Positions 10,735 through 18,760 of a DNA stretch of 64,000 nucleotides are shown here, one piece after another. The position numbers were made by a program, and so were the translations under genes. The DNA is from Rhodospirillaceae bacterium. Lineage in GTDB: Bacteria; Pseudomonadota; Alphaproteobacteria; Rhodospirillales; Rhodospirillaceae. The notes under the pieces are model-generated. The model saw nothing but the letters and a program-made list of their open reading frames with translations. It was not told the origin of the DNA and made no database searches. Location of the stretch: NCBI GenBank assembly GCA_009694245.1, contig SHVO01000002.1, positions 1,741 through 65,740 of the forward strand, written 5' to 3'. Position 1 is the stretch's first letter, and every line of letters starts with the position of its first letter.

Positions 10735-11445
10735 ATGCAGACCTGGGATCCGCGCGGCGCACCGACCTGCGCCCACCGCAAGATCTACGAGGAGATGTTG
10801 CCGCTGGAGGGTGCCAGCATCCTTGAGCTGGGATGCGGCAACGGCGACACCAGCCGCGCCATCGCCGGCGCCTTCGCCACGGCCACGGTCACGGCGATGG
10901 AAGTGGATACGGCGCAGCACGCGGCGAATCTCGCTTCGCCTCAGCTTCCCAATCTTCAATTCGTTCTGGGGGCCGCCGAGAAAATTCCCGCCGCCGACGA
11001 GAGCGTCGACATTGTCCTCATGGTCAAGTCGCTGCACCACGTGCCGCCGGAAATGCTCGATCGGGCCATGCGCGACATCCGCCGGGTGCTCAAGCCGGGT
11101 GGCCTGGCCTACATCGTCGAGCCGGTCTTTGGCGGCGCTTTCAACGAAATCTTGCGCATCTTTCACGACGAGGAAGCCGCGCGGGCCGGGGCATTCGCGG
11201 CGGTCAAGAACGCGATTACCAAAGGCGGTATGGAACTGGTCGCCGAGAAATTCTTCCTGACGCCGTTGCGCGTTGAGAACTTCGAGACTTTCGTCCGGAA
11301 ATTCATCGACGTCACCCATACCCGCCACAGCCTGAGTAAAGCCCAGATGGAACAGGTGCGGACGAAGTTTGAAAAACACATGGCGCCGCAAGGGGCGGTC
11401 TTCAAGACGCCGATGCGCGCCGACCTTCTGCGGAAAAACGTCTAA
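10735..11445 (+). CDS. Class I SAM-dependent methyltransferase
   Basis: Motif I ILELGCGNGD, post-I region, and LKPGGLAYIVEP are present. The tracked 644-aa ORF is mostly antisense shadow of the MFS gene. The start is ATG 10735, or alternatively 10672. Confidence 0.8.
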   Translation: MQTWDPRGAPTCAHRKIYEEMLPLEGASILELGCGNGDTSRAIAGAFATATVTAMEVDTAQHAANLASPQLPNLQFVLGAAEKIPAADESVDIVLMVKSLHHVPPEMLDRAMRDIRRVLKPGGLAYIVEPVFGGAFNEILRIFHDEEAARAGAFAAVKNAITKGGMELVAEKFFLTPLRVENFETFVRKFIDVTHTRHSLSKAQMEQVRTKFEKHMAPQGAVFKTPMRADLLRKNV

Positions 11446-11456
11446 GGCGAGTCCGG

Positions 11457-11498
11457 CCTGGCCTCTAAAGCCTGGCCTCTAAAGCCGGGCCTCTAAAA
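11457..11498. repeat. 14-bp tandem repeat x3 (CCTGGCCTCTAAAG / CCTGGCCTCTAAAG / CCGGGCCTCTAAAA)
   Basis: Read directly from the sequence. The period is not a multiple of 3, so TAA on the plus strand and TAG on the minus strand occur in all three frames. Confidence 0.8.
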
Positions 11499-11594
11499 GG
11501 ACGCGTAAAGCGAGCCGATCGTGGCTGCGGCCATCAAGCCGCCGACCAGAAATGTCATGACGTATCCGAAGATTTCAGCGGGGTAGGTGTTCAT
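11493..11594 (-). CDS. Candidate 33-aa single-pass membrane peptide
   Basis: It reads MNTYPAEIFGYVMTFLVGGLMAAATIGSLYASF then TAG. A GAAGG lies 6 nt upstream. An in-frame alternative ATG at 11609 exists. It is below the ORF-track cutoff and I recognise no family. Confidence 0.35.
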   Translation of the reverse strand: MNTYPAEIFGYVMTFLVGGLMAAATIGSLYASF

Positions 11595-11773
11595 ATTGAA
11601 TGCCTTCATGGTGGGGGCTGTGGCGTGAGCGCCCCCTTGTTGAAGGCCTATTTAACTGCCGGGCCAAATACCGCAATGCACAACGACGCATGGCCGGCAT
11701 GCCGGCTCCGCATCGCGCAAGTCCGCGGCGGCGGAATATCATTGCCGCTTGTTCTGTAACCGGAGATTTGCCG

Positions 11774-12133
11774 CTAACCGGTCACCAACTTCATGGGACG
11801 GTCAAAGACGCCGAGCACATCGTCCAGAGAATGTCCCTGACAGAGTTTCTGTTGCCGGCTGACGACGACGTATTGCCCTTGGCGGACATTCTGCGGCCTG
11901 GCGCGGGGTCTGCTCGCCCCCAGTTTGGAAATCACGAACAGCGGATTTTCCTGGGTATGGCGAAAGACCATGAAGCTCGCGGCCTCGGGCCCGAGCTGAA
12001 TGGCATAGTCGCGCCACTCGCCGTTGCGGACGCGGCCGGCATATAGGCCAAGCAACTGGTTCAGTTCCGCGCGGGTAAAGTGAAGATATGGGGGTTTGCG
12101 CCGGTGGTCCGAGAATCGAACGACCGTGGTCAT
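11774..12133 (-). CDS. DUF2794-like conserved alphaproteobacterial protein
   Basis: LHFTRAELNQLLGLYAGRVRNGEWRDYAI matches my recollection of the DUF2794 signature (...ELN.IL..YGR.V..GEWRDYAI). Confidence 0.7.
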   Translation of the reverse strand: MTTVVRFSDHRRKPPYLHFTRAELNQLLGLYAGRVRNGEWRDYAIQLGPEAASFMVFRHTQENPLFVISKLGASRPRARPQNVRQGQYVVVSRQQKLCQGHSLDDVLGVFDRPMKLVTG

Positions 12134-12221
12134 GAACCCTGCCGACTCAAACTAAAACATCGCGGCGCATAACGCCATTTTTTCAGACTGCGCCCATCCA
12201 AGCAAGGGCCCAACACTCAAG

Positions 12222-12536
12222 CTAGTAGCCTGACGAACCCAGGACCTGGTTCTTGCGGTCGGGATCGGGGCGGTCGAAGCAATTGGCCGAGCCGATGGTC
12301 GCGTAACAATAGCGGCTGACTTGCTCCTGGCCTTGGCCGGGAGGCCGGTTGTTACAGGCAAAGTTGGCCAAAGCACCGCCAACGCGGGTGCATTGAATGC
12401 CTAGAGCTTGGGCGTAGACCGGGTCGGGGTCGCCGGCGCAGCCAGAAAGGCCCGCCAGCACCGCCAAAACCGCGGATCCGCGAAAGGCCACACGTGAGAA
12501 CATTAGGTTAACTGTCATGGGGCACCTCGAATACAC
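12222..12536 (-). CDS. Small Cys-rich lipoprotein, unknown function
   Basis: The signal peptide with lipobox reads ...AVLAVLAGLSGC. Four further Cys residues are present. The true start may be the internal Met at 12503. Confidence 0.6.
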   Translation of the reverse strand: MYSRCPMTVNLMFSRVAFRGSAVLAVLAGLSGCAGDPDPVYAQALGIQCTRVGGALANFACNNRPPGQGQEQVSRYCYATIGSANCFDRPDPDRKNQVLGSSGY

Positions 12537-13049
12537 AACAAGCCGATTCTAGCCAAATATGGGGCTCGAGCACGTCCCCGAAAAACATGCCCTCGGACTT
12601 GATCCGGGGGCGGGCAGCGGTTCTCCGCTCGGGTCGGGCTCAAGATATTAATATCGAGGCCCTCTTGTCCGGAGCACTGATTTCGCTGCGCCGGGAAGGG
12701 ACCTAGAATTGGCGGATTACGGCCCTTATATCCAAGTTCCCCGGCGGAGGTTAATAATCCCTAAAACTCAGCCCTTTGAATTGCCATGGGCCCCCCGACT
12801 CTTTATGTTCGGGCACGTTTTTGGCCCGCCAGGCCGGATTTGTGGGTCGGGATTCAAGGGTGAGGACGCAAGCCGCCTTACCCGTTGAACCGGCATTGGC
12901 TCCCCAGCGCCTGTATGTTCCGGCGCCGTACCCGCGAGGTAGAGGAAATTTCGTTGAATCAACCCAAGGACGCCGTTCCGGTGTCGACCCAGCCCGCCAA
13001 AAGTACCAAGGGCAAGCCGGACGATACCGATCACGAACTTGAAGGCCTG

Positions 13050-13766
13050 ATGTCGGAGATCGAAACCGATCTCCGCTCCGACGAGTTCAAGAAAATCTGG
13101 AAGCAGTACGGCGGCGTTTTCACCGCCTTGGCCGCCGTGCTGATTTTGGGCGTGACCGGTGTCCAGCTCTACCGCCAGTACGATGCCAGGCAGCATGAGG
13201 CTGTTGCCCGCCGCTACGAACTGGCGATCGCCGCCCAACAGGACGGCAAGACCGACGACGCAATGTCCCAGTTCGGAGCGCTTGTGAGCGAAGGCCGCAA
13301 GGGCTACGGCGCGCTCGCGCGCCTCAGCCAGGCCTCGCTCCAGCTGCAGAAGAAAGACATCAACGGCGCCGTCGCCAATTACAAGGCGCTGGCCGAGGAC
13401 CCAAAGGCCGATCCGGTTTTCCGCGATCTCGCGACCCTGCTCAGTGTCCTGCACAGCCTCGATCGCGATGACCCCAAGCTCCTTGAGGCTGCGCTGACGC
13501 CGCTGACCAACCCGAATAACGCATTCAACTTGTCGGCCCTGGAACTTTCGGCGTTGTTGGCCGCTAAACAAGGCGATAGCGAACGCGCCATCAAGACGCT
13601 CGCGCTGATTTCCGCCGATCCCGCGACGCCGGCGTCTATGCGCGAACGCGCCGATGACCTGACCAAGCTGTATCAGGCAGGCGGTATGCCGCCGCCGCCC
13701 GCGCCGCCGATACCCGCTGCGGCAGCGCCAACGTCGGCCGCGTCCCCGACCGCGCCGAAACCCTAG
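13050..13766 (+). CDS. YfgM-like membrane-anchored TPR protein (ancillary SecYEG / BamB-Der neighbourhood protein)
   Basis: One N-terminal TM (GGVFTALAAVLILGVTGVQLY) is followed by a TPR-like region and a Pro/Ala tail. The yfgM-bamB-der order is conserved. The start is set at ATG 13050, with GAAGG 5 nt upstream. Upstream TTG alternatives exist at 12954 and 12885. Confidence 0.75.
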   Translation: MSEIETDLRSDEFKKIWKQYGGVFTALAAVLILGVTGVQLYRQYDARQHEAVARRYELAIAAQQDGKTDDAMSQFGALVSEGRKGYGALARLSQASLQLQKKDINGAVANYKALAEDPKADPVFRDLATLLSVLHSLDRDDPKLLEAALTPLTNPNNAFNLSALELSALLAAKQGDSERAIKTLALISADPATPASMRERADDLTKLYQAGGMPPPPAPPIPAAAAPTSAASPTAPKP

Positions 13767-13819
13767 AGCAAAATGGCCCCGTTCGTTTTGGATGCCGCTC
13801 GCAAAGGTACCGAAGTTTT

Positions 13820-15163
13820 ATGATCAACCTCCGCCGCATGGCCCTTTTTCCGCTACTCGTCGCTGCTGTCGCGGGACTTTCCGGCTGCGACACGCTCAGC
13901 GGAGTTTTTACCTCCACGGACAAGGATAAGCTTCCGGGCACGCGCATTTCGGTGCTGGCGCTAGAACGCGAGTTGCGGCCCAATCTCGAATCCGTCGAAA
14001 CCCAGATCATCCTGCCGCGACCAGAGGACACCGCCGTCTGGCCCGGCGCCGGCGGATTGTCTCACCACGCCATGCATCATCTGGCCATTGGCGAGGCCCC
14101 GAAACGCGCCTGGACGGTAAGCGCGGGCGAGGGCTCGGGCTTGCGTAACCGCGCATTTTCCGAACCGGTTGTGGCCGGTGGTCGCATCTACACCATGGAC
14201 GCCGACGGCATTGTCACGGCTTTTGACGCCGCCACGGGCAAACGCGCCTGGCGTGTGGATACCGCGCCCGAGGTCGAAGAAGACAACGCCTTCCTCGGCG
14301 GCGCGATTTGCATCGAGCAAAATCGTCTGTTTGTCACCTCCGGCGCCGCCCAAGTGCTGGCGCTTGACGCGGCCACCGGCAAGGAAATCTGGCGCGTGCC
14401 CGTGGAAACGCCGATCCGCGCGGCGCCCACCGTCAATGCCGGGCGGGTGTTCGTCGTGACCATCGAGAACGAAGTCGTGGCGCTTGCCGCCGATACCGGG
14501 CGAAAATTATGGAACTACTCGGGCTCGCCCGCGCCCACCATTCTGCTCGGCGGCTCGGCGCCGGCCGTCGACGGCGGCGTGGTGGTCGCGACTCTGACCA
14601 GCGGCGAGGTGGTGGCCTTGCGCACCGACAATGGTGTCGCCCTATGGAACGAGACCGTAGTCGCCGTGCGTCGCACCGAAGCCGCCGCCAGCCTGCCCGA
14701 TATTGTCGCCCGCGCCGTCATCGATAAGGGCCGGGTCTATGCCGTGGGCCAGTCGGGCATGCTCGCCGCCATCGATCTCAGGACCGGCCGGCGGGTGTGG
14801 GATGTGCCCGTTGCCGGGATTCACGAGCCGTGGGTTGCCGGTGACTTTCTCTTTGCGATTACCCTCGACAGCGAAGCGATCTGCATCGATACGCGCTCGG
14901 GCCGTATCCTGTGGGTGACGCAATTGCCGCGTTTCGAGGACGAAAAAAACCGCAAGGACCGCATCGTTTGGGCGGGCCCCGCGCTGGTGAGCGACCGGCT
15001 AATTCTTGTCGGTTCCACCGGCGAAGCGCTGGCGGTATCGCCTTACTCGGGCGCGGTGCTGGGCAAGATCGAGTTGAACGAAACGTCGTCGCTGTCGCCG
15101 GTGTTCGTCAATTCCACCATGTACGTCCTCGATGATGATGGCGACCTCTCGGCCTACCGTTAG
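13820..15163 (+). CDS. bamB: Outer-membrane assembly lipoprotein BamB (PQQ-like beta-propeller)
   Basis: Lipobox LSGC is present. The motif A.DA.TGK..W recurs across blades. The gene sits immediately upstream of der. Confidence 0.88.
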   Translation: MINLRRMALFPLLVAAVAGLSGCDTLSGVFTSTDKDKLPGTRISVLALERELRPNLESVETQIILPRPEDTAVWPGAGGLSHHAMHHLAIGEAPKRAWTVSAGEGSGLRNRAFSEPVVAGGRIYTMDADGIVTAFDAATGKRAWRVDTAPEVEEDNAFLGGAICIEQNRLFVTSGAAQVLALDAATGKEIWRVPVETPIRAAPTVNAGRVFVVTIENEVVALAADTGRKLWNYSGSPAPTILLGGSAPAVDGGVVVATLTSGEVVALRTDNGVALWNETVVAVRRTEAAASLPDIVARAVIDKGRVYAVGQSGMLAAIDLRTGRRVWDVPVAGIHEPWVAGDFLFAITLDSEAICIDTRSGRILWVTQLPRFEDEKNRKDRIVWAGPALVSDRLILVGSTGEALAVSPYSGAVLGKIELNETSSLSPVFVNSTMYVLDDDGDLSAYR

Positions 15164-15174
15164 GAATCCGGGCC

Positions 15175-16836
15175 GTGGCCTCAGTCCGCCCTAGGAAACC
15201 GGTTCGTAAGGCCGGACCGCGTTCGGCCAAAGGCCATAAGTCGGTCAAATACGCCCATCCCAAGAAACCGAAACAGGGCAAGGCCACCGACAAGCCCCAG
15301 CGCGGTAAACGCGCGGCCAATCCGGAGCGGAGTGAGCGCGCGGCCCAGCCCAACAAACCGCGCCACCACCGTCCGCAAAAACCCAAGGCCCCTGGCCGTC
15401 GCGGCCTTGAGGACTCGCTTGATTACGGCGGTGGACGCGAGTTGCGCAAGGAACTACCGCCGGCGCTGTTCACCGTCGCCATCGTCGGGCGTCCCAACGT
15501 CGGCAAGTCGACCCTGTTCAACCGCCTTGTCGGCCGCCGCGAAGCGCTTGTTCACGACCGCCCCGGAGTCACGCGCGACCGCCATGTTAGCCGGGGCAAC
15601 ATCGCGGATTTGCATTTCACCGTTATCGATACCGCCGGTTTTGAGGATGCCGCCGCCGAAACCCTGGAAGGGCGCATGCGCCTTCAAACCGAAAAAGCCG
15701 TGGCGGACGCCGACGTGGCGCTGATGCTGATCGATGCCCGCGCCGGCGTGACCACGCTCGACGAACAATTCGCCGATCTCTTGCGCCGCTCGCCCACGCC
15801 CATCGTCCTGGTCGCCAACAAATGTGAAGGCAAAGGCCAGGACAGCACACTCTACGACGCCTTTCGTCTCGGACTCGGCGAGCCCCTGCCTATTTCGGCC
15901 GAACACGGTCAGGGCCTGGGCGGTCTCTATCAGGCGCTGGCTCGCTTCGCGCCGCCCGAGGCGGATCGAGACGCCGATGACCAGACTGGCACCGCGGCCA
16001 GTTCACCGGCGGCCCCCTTGCGGCCGCTGCAGCTTGCCATCATCGGCCGGCCCAATACCGGCAAGTCCACCCTCATCAACCGCCTGCTCGGCGAGGACCG
16101 CATGCTGACCGGGCCCGAGCCCGGTGTCACCCGCGATTCGGTCGGCGTCGATTGGGAGTACCGGGGCCGAAAGATCCGCCTGGTCGACACCGCCGGCGTA
16201 CGCAAGCGGGCGAAAGTCATTGATGCCGTGGAAATCCTCTCGGTCGGCGAGACCTTCGAGGCCGTGAAAATGGCCGAGGTGGTGGTGCTGGTGGTCGACG
16301 CCGAGGCCGTGCTCGACAATCAGGAACTGACCCTCGTCCGCCACGTCATCGATGAAGGCCGCGCGCTGGTGATTGCCGTCAACAAGTGGGACGCGATTAA
16401 GGACAAGAACCGCGCCCTCGAGACGCTCGAAGAACGCCTGCGCGATTCCATGTCGCAAGTGAAGAACATTCCCACCGTCACCATCTCCGGCCTTACCGGC
16501 CAGCGGGTCGACAAGCTAATGGAAGCTGTGTTCAAGGTGCATGAGACGTGGAATACCCATCTCGCGACGGCGCCGCTCAACCGGTTCCTCGCGAGCGCGA
16601 CGGCCGCCCACCCGCCGCCCCTATCCCTGCATAAACAGCGCATTAAGCTGCGCTACATGACCCAGGTGAAAACCCGGCCGCCGACCTTTGTGATCTTCTC
16701 GACCCGCGCCGGCGATCTGCCGGAAGCCTATATGCGCTATCTCGCCAACGGCATCCGCGACAACTTCGGCCTCGATGGCGTGCCGATCCGGATCCACTTG
16801 CGTAAGCCGAAGAATCCGTTTGAGGAAGAGAAGTGA
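15175..16836 (+). CDS. der: Ribosome-biogenesis GTPase Der (EngA) with about 90-aa basic N-terminal extension
   Basis: Two G domains are present (GRPNVGKSTLFN...DTAG...NKCE and GRPNTGKSTLIN...DTAG...NKWD) plus a KH-like C-terminus. GTG at 15175 lies 11 nt after the bamB stop. An alternative TTG start at 15442 would remove the extension. Confidence 0.9.
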   Translation: MASVRPRKPVRKAGPRSAKGHKSVKYAHPKKPKQGKATDKPQRGKRAANPERSERAAQPNKPRHHRPQKPKAPGRRGLEDSLDYGGGRELRKELPPALFTVAIVGRPNVGKSTLFNRLVGRREALVHDRPGVTRDRHVSRGNIADLHFTVIDTAGFEDAAAETLEGRMRLQTEKAVADADVALMLIDARAGVTTLDEQFADLLRRSPTPIVLVANKCEGKGQDSTLYDAFRLGLGEPLPISAEHGQGLGGLYQALARFAPPEADRDADDQTGTAASSPAAPLRPLQLAIIGRPNTGKSTLINRLLGEDRMLTGPEPGVTRDSVGVDWEYRGRKIRLVDTAGVRKRAKVIDAVEILSVGETFEAVKMAEVVVLVVDAEAVLDNQELTLVRHVIDEGRALVIAVNKWDAIKDKNRALETLEERLRDSMSQVKNIPTVTISGLTGQRVDKLMEAVFKVHETWNTHLATAPLNRFLASATAAHPPPLSLHKQRIKLRYMTQVKTRPPTFVIFSTRAGDLPEAYMRYLANGIRDNFGLDGVPIRIHLRKPKNPFEEEK

Positions 16837-17029
16837 GTTTGCCCCACGGACAGCTATAACCGCTCCCCGGCGCCATCCGATTCAAGAGTAGCGCCAGGAG
16901 CCTCGCAAAGCTCGCTCTGCTGCCTACTGCACCACTAACAGCATCTCCTGGCCGTCGCGCTCGCGGTTTTTCCCCCTCGGGAGATCGCAGCCTTTCAGGT
17001 AAGCTGCGCGTCTTAACCCGGAGGCTGCC

Positions 17030-18016
17030 ATGCTGATTCGTATCAAAAAGGCGTCGGACGTCGCGCCTTCTGAAATCACGCCGGAATCGGTCTATCTCAA
17101 CCGGCGGCATTTTATCGCGGCGGCCATGGCCGGAGTCGGAACCGGCGCGCTCGGTGGTTTTGAAAACACCGCCGTTGCCGCAACGCCCTCGTCGATGCCA
17201 TTTCAAGTCTCGCCCGGGTTCACCGTGCCCGCGGTCGATACTTACGAAAAGCTCGGCCCCCAGGACGAAGTGACGATTCCGTTTTCGGTATGGAGCTACA
17301 ACAATTTCGCCGAGTTCGGGCCTGAGAAAACCGATCCCCTCGCCAATATCGGCACCTTCCAGCCGCGCCCTTGGGCGATCGCGGTCGATGGCCTTTGCGC
17401 CAAACCGGGCACGCTCGATCTCGACGATTTCTTGAAGCCGCAGTCGTTTGAAACCCGTACCTACCGTCTGCGCTGCACCGAGACTTGGTCGATCGTCGTG
17501 CCTTGGGTGGGCATTCCCCTGGCCGACGCGGTGAAGCGCTTCGAGCCCCTGGGCAGCGCCAAGTTCGTGCGCTTTGAAACCGTAATGCGGCCCGAGGAAA
17601 TGCCCGGCCAGAAAACCTCGGCGCTGAAGTGGCCCTACGTCGAGGCCCTGCGGCTGGACGAAGCGCTGAACCCGCTGGCATTCCTCGCGGTCGGCATGTA
17701 CGGCCAGGTGCTGCCCGGTCAAAACGGCGCGCCGATCCGGGTGGTTGCGCCGTGGAAATACGGCTTCAAGGGCGCCAAATCCATCGTTCGCATGACTTTC
17801 ACCGAAGACCAGCCGGTGACGTCGTGGAATTTAAGAATCCCAAAAGAATACGGCTTCATGGCCAACGTGAACCCGGCGGTCGATCATCCACGCTGGTCCC
17901 AGGCCACGGAGCGGCGCCTGGGAGAGTTCCGCCGCCGTCCGACCCTGATGTTCAACGGCTACGGCGAAGAAGTCGCCCACATGTACGCCGGCATGGATTT
18001 GATCAAGAATTTTTAA
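17030..18016 (+). CDS. msrP: Protein-methionine-sulfoxide reductase catalytic subunit MsrP (YedY)
   Basis: Tat-like [17 protein letters not shown] and a sulfite-oxidase-family molybdopterin domain are present. The C-terminus resembles YedY. Confidence 0.85.
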   Translation: MLIRIKKASDVAPSEITPESVYLNRRHFIAAAMAGVGTGALGGFENTAVAATPSSMPFQVSPGFTVPAVDTYEKLGPQDEVTIPFSVWSYNNFAEFGPEKTDPLANIGTFQPRPWAIAVDGLCAKPGTLDLDDFLKPQSFETRTYRLRCTETWSIVVPWVGIPLADAVKRFEPLGSAKFVRFETVMRPEEMPGQKTSALKWPYVEALRLDEALNPLAFLAVGMYGQVLPGQNGAPIRVVAPWKYGFKGAKSIVRMTFTEDQPVTSWNLRIPKEYGFMANVNPAVDHPRWSQATERRLGEFRRRPTLMFNGYGEEVAHMYAGMDLIKNF

Positions 18017-18021
18017 GCGGC

Positions 18022-18756
18022 CTACTGCGCTTTGAAGAGTTCGCCGGTTTTGTCGCAGGCGGGTTCCGCCAGGGCGACAAAGATCTCGGTCACGGCTTCG
18101 GGCGGCGGCAGGCTCATGGGGTCTTCGCCGGGGAAAGCCTGCGCACGCATCTTTGTACGGAGGCCGCCGGGATTAACGATGTTGGCTCTTACAGAAGTGT
18201 GGGCCACTTCGGCGGCGTAGATTTTCACCATCTGCTCGAGTGCTGCCTTCGAGGCGGCATAGGGGCCCCAGTACATTCTTGGGTCGCGGGCGACGCCCGA
18301 TGTCACGAATACGGCCCGGCCGGCATTCGATAGGCGTAAGAGTGGATCGAGTGCGCGGATCAACCGCCAGTTGGCGTGGACGTTGAGGTTGAAGATATCG
18401 TTCCACATTTTTGGTGAGTAGTGGCCGAGCGGCGAAAGCTGGCCGAGCGTGGCGGCGGCGCCCACCAGGATGTCGAGCTTGCCGAAGCGCCCATGCAAGG
18501 CCGCGCCCACCCGGTCGATCTTGTCGAAGTCCGTGAGGTTCTCGGCGATCAAGGTCGCCGGGCTCCCCGAAATTTTCCGGATCGCGTCGTCCAGTTCCTC
18601 AAGGGCGCCCTGGGTGCGGGCAAAAGCGACGACATGGGCGCCCTCCTCGGCAAAGCGCAAGGCGACAGCGCGGCCCAACCCCCGCGATGCGCCGGTCACC
18701 AGCGCAATACGCTCCTTGAGCCGCGGCGCCGCGGGACTGGCCACAGGGTCGCTCAC
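18022..18756 (-). CDS. SDR family oxidoreductase
   Basis: VTGASRGLGRA (TGxxxGxG) and catalytic YAASKAA are present. Confidence 0.85.
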   Translation of the reverse strand: MSDPVASPAAPRLKERIALVTGASRGLGRAVALRFAEEGAHVVAFARTQGALEELDDAIRKISGSPATLIAENLTDFDKIDRVGAALHGRFGKLDILVGAAATLGQLSPLGHYSPKMWNDIFNLNVHANWRLIRALDPLLRLSNAGRAVFVTSGVARDPRMYWGPYAASKAALEQMVKIYAAEVAHTSVRANIVNPGGLRTKMRAQAFPGEDPMSLPPPEAVTEIFVALAEPACDKTGELFKAQ

Positions 18757-18760
18757 AAGG

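Noticed and set aside
12537-13049. tmRNA, RNase P RNA, SRP RNA or 6S RNA in the long spacer
   Set aside because: There is no tRNA-like acceptor/T-arm (GGTTCGA..CC..CCA). There is no GAGGAAAGTCCGG-type RNase P core and no GGAAGCAGCC-type SRP domain IV on either strand.
16643-17722. 359-aa minus-strand ORF
   Set aside because: It runs antisense to msrP and to the der 3' end. It has low-complexity Arg/Gly/Pro composition, no recognisable motifs and no RBS. It is a GC-rich shadow ORF.
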